DNA of 15,776 nt from Myxococcota bacterium (GTDB lineage Bacteria; Myxococcota; SpSt-1050). The stretch spans positions 1 to 15,776 of the forward strand of contig JBMFOP010000071.1 of assembly GCA_049969675.1 (NCBI GenBank). Direction: 5' to 3'. Below are positions 7,926 to 15,302 of this stretch, one piece after another (position 1 is the first letter of the stretch; each line of letters begins with the position of its first letter). The notes under the pieces are model-generated. The model saw only the letters and a program-made list of their open reading frames with translations, did not search any database and was not told where the DNA came from. The position numbers and the translations under genes were made by a program.

Positions 7926-8894
7926 ATGTATATAAAGAGAATCAGTGTGATTTTGACAATATCGTTCATCTCTTCCTGTAGTTGCATTGAGAGAGATATC
8001 GGGACCGAGACCAATCCTGTAATTATAGAGGTGCTTACCTCTGCTCCAATTTCATCTGTCATAGGGAATATTGAGAATCTGGCAAAATTTATTGAAAAAG
8101 AGAGTGGACTTAAGACATCTGTTTATGCCCCAAAGAAGAACATTGAATATATTCAGGCACTCTCTTCATCAAAGAGGAAGGCGGATGTGGCAATCCTAAA
8201 TGATGTCGGCTATCTCTTCGCAAAAGATGAATATGGGGCGACCGCTGAGCTGATAACTCTCAGATATAGTTCAAAAAATGAGACTGCAACGAGCTACTGT
8301 TCAGCCATTATCTCGGTGAGCCTCAAATCACTTGAAGAATTAAATGGTAAGAAGATTGCATTCTCAAGTGAATATTCAACTGCCGGGTATCTCATCCCAC
8401 TCTATAATCTGAAGGAGAAAGGAATCAGTTGCTCAGAAAAGCTATTTGCCGGAAGTTATACTGATGCACTCAGGATGTTACTGTCTGGCAGGGTTGATGC
8501 CGCTGCTATCTACACCTCCTGTGATTCAACGAGTAATGAACTTGATAGCAGGAGTCTACTTCTGAAGGAATACCCTGATATATTTACCAGAACAGTAGTT
8601 ATCTTTAAGTCTCCACCAATTCCGAATGAACCAGTTGTATTCAGAAAAGGGATAAAAAAAGAGATAAAGGAGAAGATTATTTCAGCACTTATGAGGTGTC
8701 CGGAGGATTCAATCTGTAGAGATTCTCTCATTTCAATAAATAGAGTGGTGGGTTTTAAGAGAGTCAGGGGGAACGAATATGATAATCTTAGACAGATAAT
8801 AAAATCTCTTGAAAAAGATACAGCAGACCTTATTCAGGGTGGCTGGATACTCAGGATTGGCAATACGGTGGAGCTGCCGAGGAGCGGAAATTGA
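7926..8894 (+). CDS. PhnD/PtxB-like phosphate/phosphite/phosphonate-type substrate-binding lipoprotein
   Basis: Signal peptide with lipobox-like ISSC; LEELNGKKIAF, STAGYLIP, GRVDAAA and SPPIPNEPVVFRK match the PhnD family. Start set at ATG 7926 from the RBS GAGGTG (7914-7919); ORF track starts at 7917. Confidence 0.82.
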   Translation: MYIKRISVILTISFISSCSCIERDIGTETNPVIIEVLTSAPISSVIGNIENLAKFIEKESGLKTSVYAPKKNIEYIQALSSSKRKADVAILNDVGYLFAKDEYGATAELITLRYSSKNETATSYCSAIISVSLKSLEELNGKKIAFSSEYSTAGYLIPLYNLKEKGISCSEKLFAGSYTDALRMLLSGRVDAAAIYTSCDSTSNELDSRSLLLKEYPDIFTRTVVIFKSPPIPNEPVVFRKGIKKEIKEKIISALMRCPEDSICRDSLISINRVVGFKRVRGNEYDNLRQIIKSLEKDTADLIQGGWILRIGNTVELPRSGN

Positions 8895-8950
8895 GAATTG
8901 GGCACTCCTGATGGGATAAGCAGAGATGGGAAACAGGAGAATAAAAAAAT

Positions 8951-8979
8951 TTGCTACAATAACAGAAATGTTATATAAT
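8951..8979 (+). promoter_or_regulatory. Sigma70-type promoter with a palindrome in the spacer
   Basis: TTGCTA (8951-8956), 17-nt spacer, TATAAT (8974-8979); inverted repeat ATAACA-GAAA-TGTTAT (8959-8974); RBS AGGAG at 8995-8999. Confidence 0.7.
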
Positions 8980-9004
8980 AATAGTCTCCAAGGAAGGAGC
9001 GGAT

Positions 9005-9913
9005 ATGAAAAAAGTAACAGTCTTCTCTCTACTAATCCTATCTGCCATATCCTATGCACAGGATACAAGGAAGGTATTTTTTGTCCCCTTTAAAGGTGGG
9101 GCAGATACAAGGTCTTTGGTGGATCTGTGCAATGTGACAATTCAGGAAGATATTTCAAAGATACCTGGATATACAGTGGCAGACTATGCAGATATCGCAG
9201 CAAGTCTGGAGATGGAAGGGAAGAATGCAAAGAGCTGTCTTGAGGATATTGATTGTGTGTTGAGTTCTGCTGGTTCACTGGGTATCAATGTAATCCTCTA
9301 TGGGAAACTCACAAAAGAGATGGATGTTATAAATATAGAACTCAAGATGTATAATGCTACAATGAGAAAGGTAGAGAGGGAATATACAGGGAAACTCTCA
9401 GGTGAGACAGTGGAGGTTGCCAACAATACAAGCAAGCTCGTAGTAGCATTACTCTCTGGGGCACCGATGCCATCAACAGAGGCTTCAACCAAAGAGATTG
9501 TGGCGACACCAATCGCAGGTGGACAGACTACTGCTACAACTACTGTGGAATCTTCCGGCAAAGGTAAGCCCCGCCTCTATACATGGATAGCACTCGGTGC
9601 GGAGGCAATTACACTCTCGGCAGGGATAACATTTAACCTTCTGGCAAAGGGTATAAATGATGATCTGCATAGTGGGCCACATAGCAAGCCAGATGATATG
9701 ATTAGCACAGGTGAGACATATATGCTACTTGCGTGGATCTTCTATGGACTGGCGGCCGTATCTACAGGTGCCACAGTATTCTTCTTTTACTGGGAGAAGC
9801 CAAAGGATGAAGGGACAGCGATGTTAAATAACCATTCAGATAAATTGAGACTCAGCCCGGCTATGACGGCATACGATAATGGTTATATCTTTGGTATAAA
9901 AGGAAGGTTTTGA
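9005..9913 (+). CDS. Secreted protein: CsgG/TolB-N/FlgO-like alpha-beta domain, P/T/S linker, two hydrophobic helices and a terminal beta-strand ending in Phe
   Basis: Signal peptide ending SYA|QD; pattern VFFVPF, CLEDIDCV, LGINVILYGKL, IELKMYN fits CsgG-like folds; C-terminus GYIFGIKGRF; strong RBS. The ORF is certain, the fold call is moderate. Confidence 0.6.
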   Translation: MKKVTVFSLLILSAISYAQDTRKVFFVPFKGGADTRSLVDLCNVTIQEDISKIPGYTVADYADIAASLEMEGKNAKSCLEDIDCVLSSAGSLGINVILYGKLTKEMDVINIELKMYNATMRKVEREYTGKLSGETVEVANNTSKLVVALLSGAPMPSTEASTKEIVATPIAGGQTTATTTVESSGKGKPRLYTWIALGAEAITLSAGITFNLLAKGINDDLHSGPHSKPDDMISTGETYMLLAWIFYGLAAVSTGATVFFFYWEKPKDEGTAMLNNHSDKLRLSPAMTAYDNGYIFGIKGRF

Positions 9914-9916
9914 GAG

Positions 9917-11428
9917 ATGAGGTCGATTTTGTATCTTTTTATTGTTTTGGAACTGCTACTATTTATGAGTTGTGCACAGGATTTCTGGTCAGATATCCCC
10001 TGTGCCTTTCAAACGGATTGCCCCAAAAATTATAAATGTCAGAACAAGAGCTGTGTCCCCTGTAATGCTCAGGAATGCACCAACGGGTATTATATGCAGC
10101 CCGGATTTCAGATTCAGGCAACATCACTGGATTTTGGCCCAGTTCAGATTGATACCACCAAAATAAGCACAGTTGATATCAAATATGTGGCTATATCAGG
10201 TGCACCAATATCAATAAAAGGCGAGATACTTCTGGATAATAAAGATAAAAATGGTAGAGATGTGTTTAAGGCAGTTAATGAGACACCACAGGAACTAAAA
10301 CCAGGCGAGACCCTTTCCTTTAAGGTATCATATTCCCCCAAGGTGGTAACTTCAAATTCCGCCATATTGCAGATCAGTTCCAACGAACCTGGTAGCTTTA
10401 CGAGCAAAGTAAAACTGACCGGGAATGGAGTTGACCCAAATATTGAAGTAGAGCCCGGCTCAATAGATTTTGGAAGTGCCTTCAAGGGTGGCCCGGAGCA
10501 GATTAAGGTTGTAACTATTAGAAATACCGGCAATGGGGCTTTAGAACTTCAGGAAATATCCCTGACGGAAGGTTCACCTGTTGATTTTAGCCTGAGAGAT
10601 CTACCAATGCAGGGGGCGAAGGTTCAGCCAAATTCCAGTGTCAATTTCAAGGTAGTATTTACACCCAAAACCCCGGGGAGTCTCAGCTCTACTATTGTCA
10701 TAAAAAATGCTGATAAGGATAGACCCGCTGTAAATGTCTCTGTTAAGGCATTTGTAAGTGAAGAATGTGAACCCGGATATTACGATATGAATAAAGACCC
10801 TGCTGATGGATGCGAATGTCTGGCGGATAAACGTGGTGGTAGCTCCTGTGATAAAGGTCTGGTAAAGCCAATAATTCAGGGAGAGAATCTGCCTGATACA
10901 GGCGGTTGTGTTACTGTTACAGGTAATCTTGTGCCTGAGGATGCAGAGGATTGGTGGACATTTATTGGGGTTGATACTCCGGATGTTCAGGGGAATGCAA
11001 CGGTGGGTGGTGATAAATATAAAATATCAGTTAATTTCCTATCCAATCCGGACCAATTGATCTTTGATATGTATAAAGGGTGTCTGGACATAAATAACAA
11101 ATATACTGAATATTGCTCGGGCGCTGATTGTATCCCCAAAAAGGAGGACAGGAAACGGAATCTTGAAGATGGCTATAATCAGAAATGCGATAAGCTTGAG
11201 TTTGGTATGTCAAAGAATACTAAAATTCAGGGTGATATTTATACCAGAGGAGAAGAGGTCTGTCAGCTCCCCATAAATAATCCACAACGTGAAAATATCA
11301 ATCACTGTATTGATGATACTGCACGATATTACATAAGGGTATATAGAAATAAGGACAACTCTTCAGGTATTCCTCTCAGCACCAGCTCCTGTGAGAAATA
11401 TGTCCTTCAGATATGCAATGGCAATTAG
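9917..11428 (+). CDS. Cys-rich surface lipoprotein with two ASH/choice-of-anchor-D Ig-like domains and a C-terminal PPC-like beta domain
   Basis: Lipobox LFMSC; Cys knot CAFQTDCPKNYKCQNKSC; two repeats of the type (L/I)DFG...P(G/N)...F-V-(Y/F)-P with IRNTG in the second; CEPGYYDMNKDPADGCEC; GNLVPEDAEDWWTF; starts 3 nt after the upstream stop. Confidence 0.75.
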   Translation: MRSILYLFIVLELLLFMSCAQDFWSDIPCAFQTDCPKNYKCQNKSCVPCNAQECTNGYYMQPGFQIQATSLDFGPVQIDTTKISTVDIKYVAISGAPISIKGEILLDNKDKNGRDVFKAVNETPQELKPGETLSFKVSYSPKVVTSNSAILQISSNEPGSFTSKVKLTGNGVDPNIEVEPGSIDFGSAFKGGPEQIKVVTIRNTGNGALELQEISLTEGSPVDFSLRDLPMQGAKVQPNSSVNFKVVFTPKTPGSLSSTIVIKNADKDRPAVNVSVKAFVSEECEPGYYDMNKDPADGCECLADKRGGSSCDKGLVKPIIQGENLPDTGGCVTVTGNLVPEDAEDWWTFIGVDTPDVQGNATVGGDKYKISVNFLSNPDQLIFDMYKGCLDINNKYTEYCSGADCIPKKEDRKRNLEDGYNQKCDKLEFGMSKNTKIQGDIYTRGEEVCQLPINNPQRENINHCIDDTARYYIRVYRNKDNSSGIPLSTSSCEKYVLQICNGN

Positions 11429-11452
11429 TATTTCTGATGGAGTAATGACTCT

Positions 11453-12973
11453 ATGTCAAAAAGCATCAAACAAATGAAGAATAAATACGATGTTGTTGTA
11501 ATTGGTGGGGGAATTGGGGGGCTTGTCTCAGCAACAATTCTTGCCAGAAGCGGGCTATCTGTTGCGATTCTTGAAAAGAACAGGTCATTAGGAGGTGTAC
11601 TCGGCTCTTTTGAAGCAGAAGGTGCTCTATTTGACAGCTTTGCCACATATATTTATGGGGCTGGTTATACAGAACCAATGAATTTTTTGAGAAAGACTCT
11701 CGGTGAACTCGGAGTCAATCCACAGCTTCTACCTATAGAGCCCCCAATGGCAATCTATACACCGGATAAGAGAATAACTATTTATAGAGATAAGAAGGAA
11801 TATCTAAGGGAGCTTTATGAATATTTCCCATCTTTTAAGAGAGAGATAAATGAGTTTTATAATGAGTTAGAAGAGTTATATGAGATACTTCTGGATATCC
11901 CCTATTATAGACCGATGGGAAGGTTTACAGTACTAAAGACGGCACTGCTACACCCACATCTCTCTGAGAAACTTATACTGCATTCTTTCAATACACTGAA
12001 TGGCCTTTATAAAAAATATGGATTTTCAGATGAGTTGCGTTCAATCTTTGATAACTTCATAGCACATTTTACCCTTCTAAAGCCCTATGAAGTCCCCGCA
12101 TTTATTGCTGCATATTTCTTTATCGGTATTCATAGAGAAGGTCTTTACTATACCAGAGGGACCAATACCACTCTGATAAAAGAATTACTCAAGGTGGCAA
12201 AAGAGTCAGGTGTAAGTATATTTACTGATGCAGAGGTGAAGAGAATCTTTGTAAGCAATAATTATGCGCGGGGGGTCGTTCTTAATTCTGAGAGGGTAAT
12301 TCACGCAGACAGGATAATCTCAAATACCACTGCAAATAAGACCTTTAAGGAGTTAATAGAGAGAAGATATCTGAGCGATAATATCAGACATAGAATTGAT
12401 GTAATTGAGAATGCAGATTCATTCTTTTATCTATATCTCAAGACCGAGAGGGAGATCTTAAAGGGATTACGTTCTCCAAACATCCTATACATTCCAAGAC
12501 TTGCATCTACTTATGATGAGTCCGAGATTATCAAGATATTTATCCCCTCAATGATAGATAGCTCCATATCAGGGGATAAGGGGCATTTTAATATGATAAT
12601 CAGTACCCCACAGAATCCTATACTATGGAAGGATAGGAAGTATATAGAGCAGAAGAAGTCTGCGTTCATTGAGAAGTTGATGAGTATGCTAAACAATATA
12701 ATTCCGGGAATAAAGGAGGGCTCAAAGGTTGTTATGTGTAACTCCCCTGTAGAGATTGAAGCCATCACAGGGAGAGAAGGTGGGACATTTGGGAGAAAGA
12801 TGGATTTCAGACAGGGGTTATACAACAGGGGTGGTAACAAGATGGCTCTTGAGAACTTATATCTGGCAGGGGATAGCACATTTCCGGGGCAGGGGATATC
12901 AATGGCTGCATATTCCGGTAAGCTCTGTGCCGAATTGATTATCAGGGAGTGTGGTAAAAAATTGCCAATATAA
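11453..12973 (+). CDS. Phytoene desaturase/carotenoid isomerase-family FAD oxidoreductase (COG1233-like)
   Basis: Rossmann motif YDVVVIGGGIGG then LEKN; C-terminal ENLYLAGDSTFPGQGISMAAYSG. Confidence 0.88.
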   Translation: MSKSIKQMKNKYDVVVIGGGIGGLVSATILARSGLSVAILEKNRSLGGVLGSFEAEGALFDSFATYIYGAGYTEPMNFLRKTLGELGVNPQLLPIEPPMAIYTPDKRITIYRDKKEYLRELYEYFPSFKREINEFYNELEELYEILLDIPYYRPMGRFTVLKTALLHPHLSEKLILHSFNTLNGLYKKYGFSDELRSIFDNFIAHFTLLKPYEVPAFIAAYFFIGIHREGLYYTRGTNTTLIKELLKVAKESGVSIFTDAEVKRIFVSNNYARGVVLNSERVIHADRIISNTTANKTFKELIERRYLSDNIRHRIDVIENADSFFYLYLKTEREILKGLRSPNILYIPRLASTYDESEIIKIFIPSMIDSSISGDKGHFNMIISTPQNPILWKDRKYIEQKKSAFIEKLMSMLNNIIPGIKEGSKVVMCNSPVEIEAITGREGGTFGRKMDFRQGLYNRGGNKMALENLYLAGDSTFPGQGISMAAYSGKLCAELIIRECGKKLPI

Positions 12974-12989
12974 TTTTTCTCAATATAAT
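12962..12989 (+). promoter_or_regulatory. Putative sigma70 promoter directly ahead of the first SLT gene
   Basis: TTGCCA (12962-12967), 16-nt spacer, TATAAT (12984-12989); 8 nt separate the -10 box from ATG 12998. Confidence 0.55.
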
Positions 12990-12997
12990 TGTAAGAG

Positions 12998-13627
12998 ATG
13001 AGATATCTATATTTAACTTTATTCATTGCTTTCTCCTTTCTGGCCTCTGCCCAGAGTATATACCAGTGTACTGAACCTGATGGCTCTGTGATATTTACAG
13101 ATAGAAGGCAGAAGAATTGTAGTGTATTTATAAAGGTATCAAGGAATAAGGTAATTGATAGACAGATAAAATTTATCAAGCCAGCAAAAATAGATCCAAA
13201 GGCTTATGATTCATATATTAAAGAGGCGGCGGCTACATTTAATCTTCCAGAGTATTTAATAAGGGCAGTGATGGCAGTGGAATCAAGCTATAATCCGTAT
13301 GCCATTTCACCCAAAGGTGCTGAGGGGCTTATGCAGTTGATGCCTCATACAGCAAAGGATATGGAGGTAAAAGATAGTTTTGACCCGAGAGAAAATATAA
13401 TAGGAGGTGCCAGATACCTTAGATTTCTGGCAAATATGTTTAATGGTGACCTTGTATTAATCCTCGCGGCATATAATGCCGGACACGCGTCTGTAAAAAA
13501 ATATGGGAACAAGATCCCACCATTTCAGGAGACTATAGATTATGTAAAGAAGGTCTCAAGATTATATCTGAAATACAAGGAAGAGTATAAGAAGCGACTG
13601 GAAGAAATAGAGGCGAACGCAAATTGA
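12998..13627 (+). CDS. Lytic transglycosylase (SLT domain) with N-terminal DUF4124-like domain
   Basis: Signal peptide; IYQCTEPDGSVIFTD (DUF4124-like); catalytic AVESSYNP, GAEGLMQLMP, AAYNAG, PPFQETIDYV. Confidence 0.92.
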   Translation: MRYLYLTLFIAFSFLASAQSIYQCTEPDGSVIFTDRRQKNCSVFIKVSRNKVIDRQIKFIKPAKIDPKAYDSYIKEAAATFNLPEYLIRAVMAVESSYNPYAISPKGAEGLMQLMPHTAKDMEVKDSFDPRENIIGGARYLRFLANMFNGDLVLILAAYNAGHASVKKYGNKIPPFQETIDYVKKVSRLYLKYKEEYKKRLEEIEANAN

Positions 13628-14223
13628 AAGGGAGCATAAAAAAGGACATATTTAATATACCCAACCTCTTTACAATCTTCAGGATTATTTTAATCCCTGT
13701 AGTTGCAGCCCTGATTACATACGAATCTCCCAGAAACGGCTATCTTGCAGCCCTTTTCTTTTCTATTGCCTCTGGCACCGATTTTATAGATGGCTATCTT
13801 GCGAGGAGGCTGAATCTTATAACAGTTACAGGAAAATTTCTTGACCCACTTGCAGACAAATTGATGGTGGTTACCTGTCTGGTGATGCTCATCCCGCTGG
13901 ATAGGGTTCCGGCGTGGCTTGTGGTAATCCTTCTTGCAAGGGAGTTCTCAATAACGGTCCTGAGGGCACTTGCATCTCAGGAAGGGCTTGTACTCTCCGC
14001 AGGTCAGGAAGGGAAGGCAAAGGCGGCACTTCAGATGGTGGGGATAGTCGGCTTGCTTGTCCATTATCCATACGAGATAAATTTTATTATATTCAAGGGC
14101 ATTATAGACTTTCACAGGGTAGGTCTAATCCTGGTTATCCTTTCAATGGTCTTCTCTCTTCTTTCGGCATTCTCATATTTTAAGTGGTTTGTGGTGGAGA
14201 TAGATAAGAAGAGTCAATCCTGA
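13624..14223 (+). CDS. pgsA: CDP-diacylglycerol--glycerol-3-phosphate 3-phosphatidyltransferase
   Basis: NIPNLFTIFR; CDP-alcohol phosphotransferase motif DFIDGYLAR...GKFLDPLADK; ARE; GKAKA; TTG start overlaps the upstream stop (TTGA). Confidence 0.93.
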   Translation: MKGSIKKDIFNIPNLFTIFRIILIPVVAALITYESPRNGYLAALFFSIASGTDFIDGYLARRLNLITVTGKFLDPLADKLMVVTCLVMLIPLDRVPAWLVVILLAREFSITVLRALASQEGLVLSAGQEGKAKAALQMVGIVGLLVHYPYEINFIIFKGIIDFHRVGLILVILSMVFSLLSAFSYFKWFVVEIDKKSQS

Positions 14224-14231
14224 AAAAGTGT

Positions 14232-14260
14232 TTGACACAATGTGTCAATTGTGATAAGAT
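14232..14260 (+). promoter_or_regulatory. Sigma70 promoter with a perfect palindromic operator over the -35 box
   Basis: TTGACA (14232-14237), 17-nt spacer, TAAGAT (14255-14260); palindrome TTGACACA-A-TGTGTCAA (14232-14248). Confidence 0.75.
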
Positions 14261-14269
14261 AATACTATT

Positions 14270-14599
14270 ATGGCTGCTGATTTTATAAAAAGCGGTATTG
14301 AGCATTTAATTAAGAAGATGGTATTTACCAAGGAACAGCATCTGAATGACCTTTATAATTATCTGCGCAGTATTATGCCCGAGGGAGAGATTCAGAGTAA
14401 TGAAGTGGAGCTAATTATCAATAACTACGAAGCTATCTGTGGAAATTATGTAAGGCAGACAAGAAAGAAGATAATAAGGTCGTTTGGTTATCTAAACAGA
14501 AAGTTGTACCAGAATATGAAGTCTGAGATTAATCTCTTAAATGAACGGATTGAGAGGATAAACAGAAAGTTGACCCGACTGGAGAGAATTTTGGAATGA
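14270..14599 (+). CDS. Hypothetical helical protein with C-terminal coiled coil, phasin (PhaF/PhaI)-like
   Basis: 109 aa; heptad tail EINLLNERIERINRKLTRLE; own promoter; ATGA overlap with the next gene. The phasin resemblance is by eye only. Confidence 0.55.
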   Translation: MAADFIKSGIEHLIKKMVFTKEQHLNDLYNYLRSIMPEGEIQSNEVELIINNYEAICGNYVRQTRKKIIRSFGYLNRKLYQNMKSEINLLNERIERINRKLTRLERILE

Positions 14600-15243
14600 G
14601 ATTTATCAGGCAGGCCAAATTTGCAATTATTGCAGTTGCATTATTTCCACACTGGACAAACTCTAATCAACCACACTGTAGCAGGGTTGAAACAAATTTT
14701 AATACCAATATCAGGTCACTGCATGAACAGAATAATGAAAATCTGAAAAATGCTATCTCCCTCTTAATAATGAGTAAGAATGGGGACATACCATATAGTC
14801 TAGTAGAGAAGATCAGTATGACTATTATAGAGAAGTCAGTAGAGTATGATTTTGACCCGCTATTTATTGCCACTGTCATATACAAAGAGAGCGAGTATAA
14901 CCCATTTGCAATCTCTCCGGTGGGAGCCGCTGGATTGATGCAGTTGATGCCTAAATATTTTGATAGCAAATCGGGGAGTGTTTTTGATATAGAGGCAAAT
15001 ATTGAGAAGGGGACCGCCGAACTTTATAGATTGAGAGAGAAATATGGGAATTATACAGATATGCTTATAGCATATCTGGCAGGTGAACAGATGCTAAAAA
15101 ATTATAAGAATGGCGAAATTATGGAAGAGACGGCTATTGCTATGAATTATTACTCCCATATTATTTTATTAAACTATCAGATTCTCTCTGCCCGTTTCAG
15201 GATTAATACAAATACCGAGACTGAAATTTTATCAATGTATTAA
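14596..15243 (+). CDS. Lytic transglycosylase (SLT domain), divergent
   Basis: DPLFIATVIYKESEYNPFAISPVGAAGLMQLMP with catalytic Glu; motif III reads AYLAG; N-terminal hydrophobic segment. Confidence 0.88.
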   Translation: MRFIRQAKFAIIAVALFPHWTNSNQPHCSRVETNFNTNIRSLHEQNNENLKNAISLLIMSKNGDIPYSLVEKISMTIIEKSVEYDFDPLFIATVIYKESEYNPFAISPVGAAGLMQLMPKYFDSKSGSVFDIEANIEKGTAELYRLREKYGNYTDMLIAYLAGEQMLKNYKNGEIMEETAIAMNYYSHIILLNYQILSARFRINTNTETEILSMY

Positions 15244-15264
15244 ATTTTTATATTTCTCCCGAAT

Positions 15265-15302
15265 CAGATTGGATTTTTTTTAGATGAAAACCCCATCTGT
15301 TT
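15265..15302 (+). terminator. Possible weak intrinsic terminator after the second SLT gene
   Basis: Imperfect stem CAGATTGGATTTT/AAAACCCCATCTG (2 mismatches) followed by only three T. Confidence 0.25.

Noticed and set aside
12511..13179. 222-aa minus-strand ORF spanning the oxidoreductase/SLT junction
   Set aside because: Antisense to two confident genes; no recognisable motif.
14224..14269. tRNA cluster often found after pgsA
   Set aside because: The gap is only 46 nt and holds a promoter; no cloverleaf here or at the window end.
5314..15243. ATPase, lipoprotein and both SLTs as one secretion or prophage locus
   Set aside because: Several separate promoters, interspersed housekeeping genes, and no structural, integrase or phage genes.
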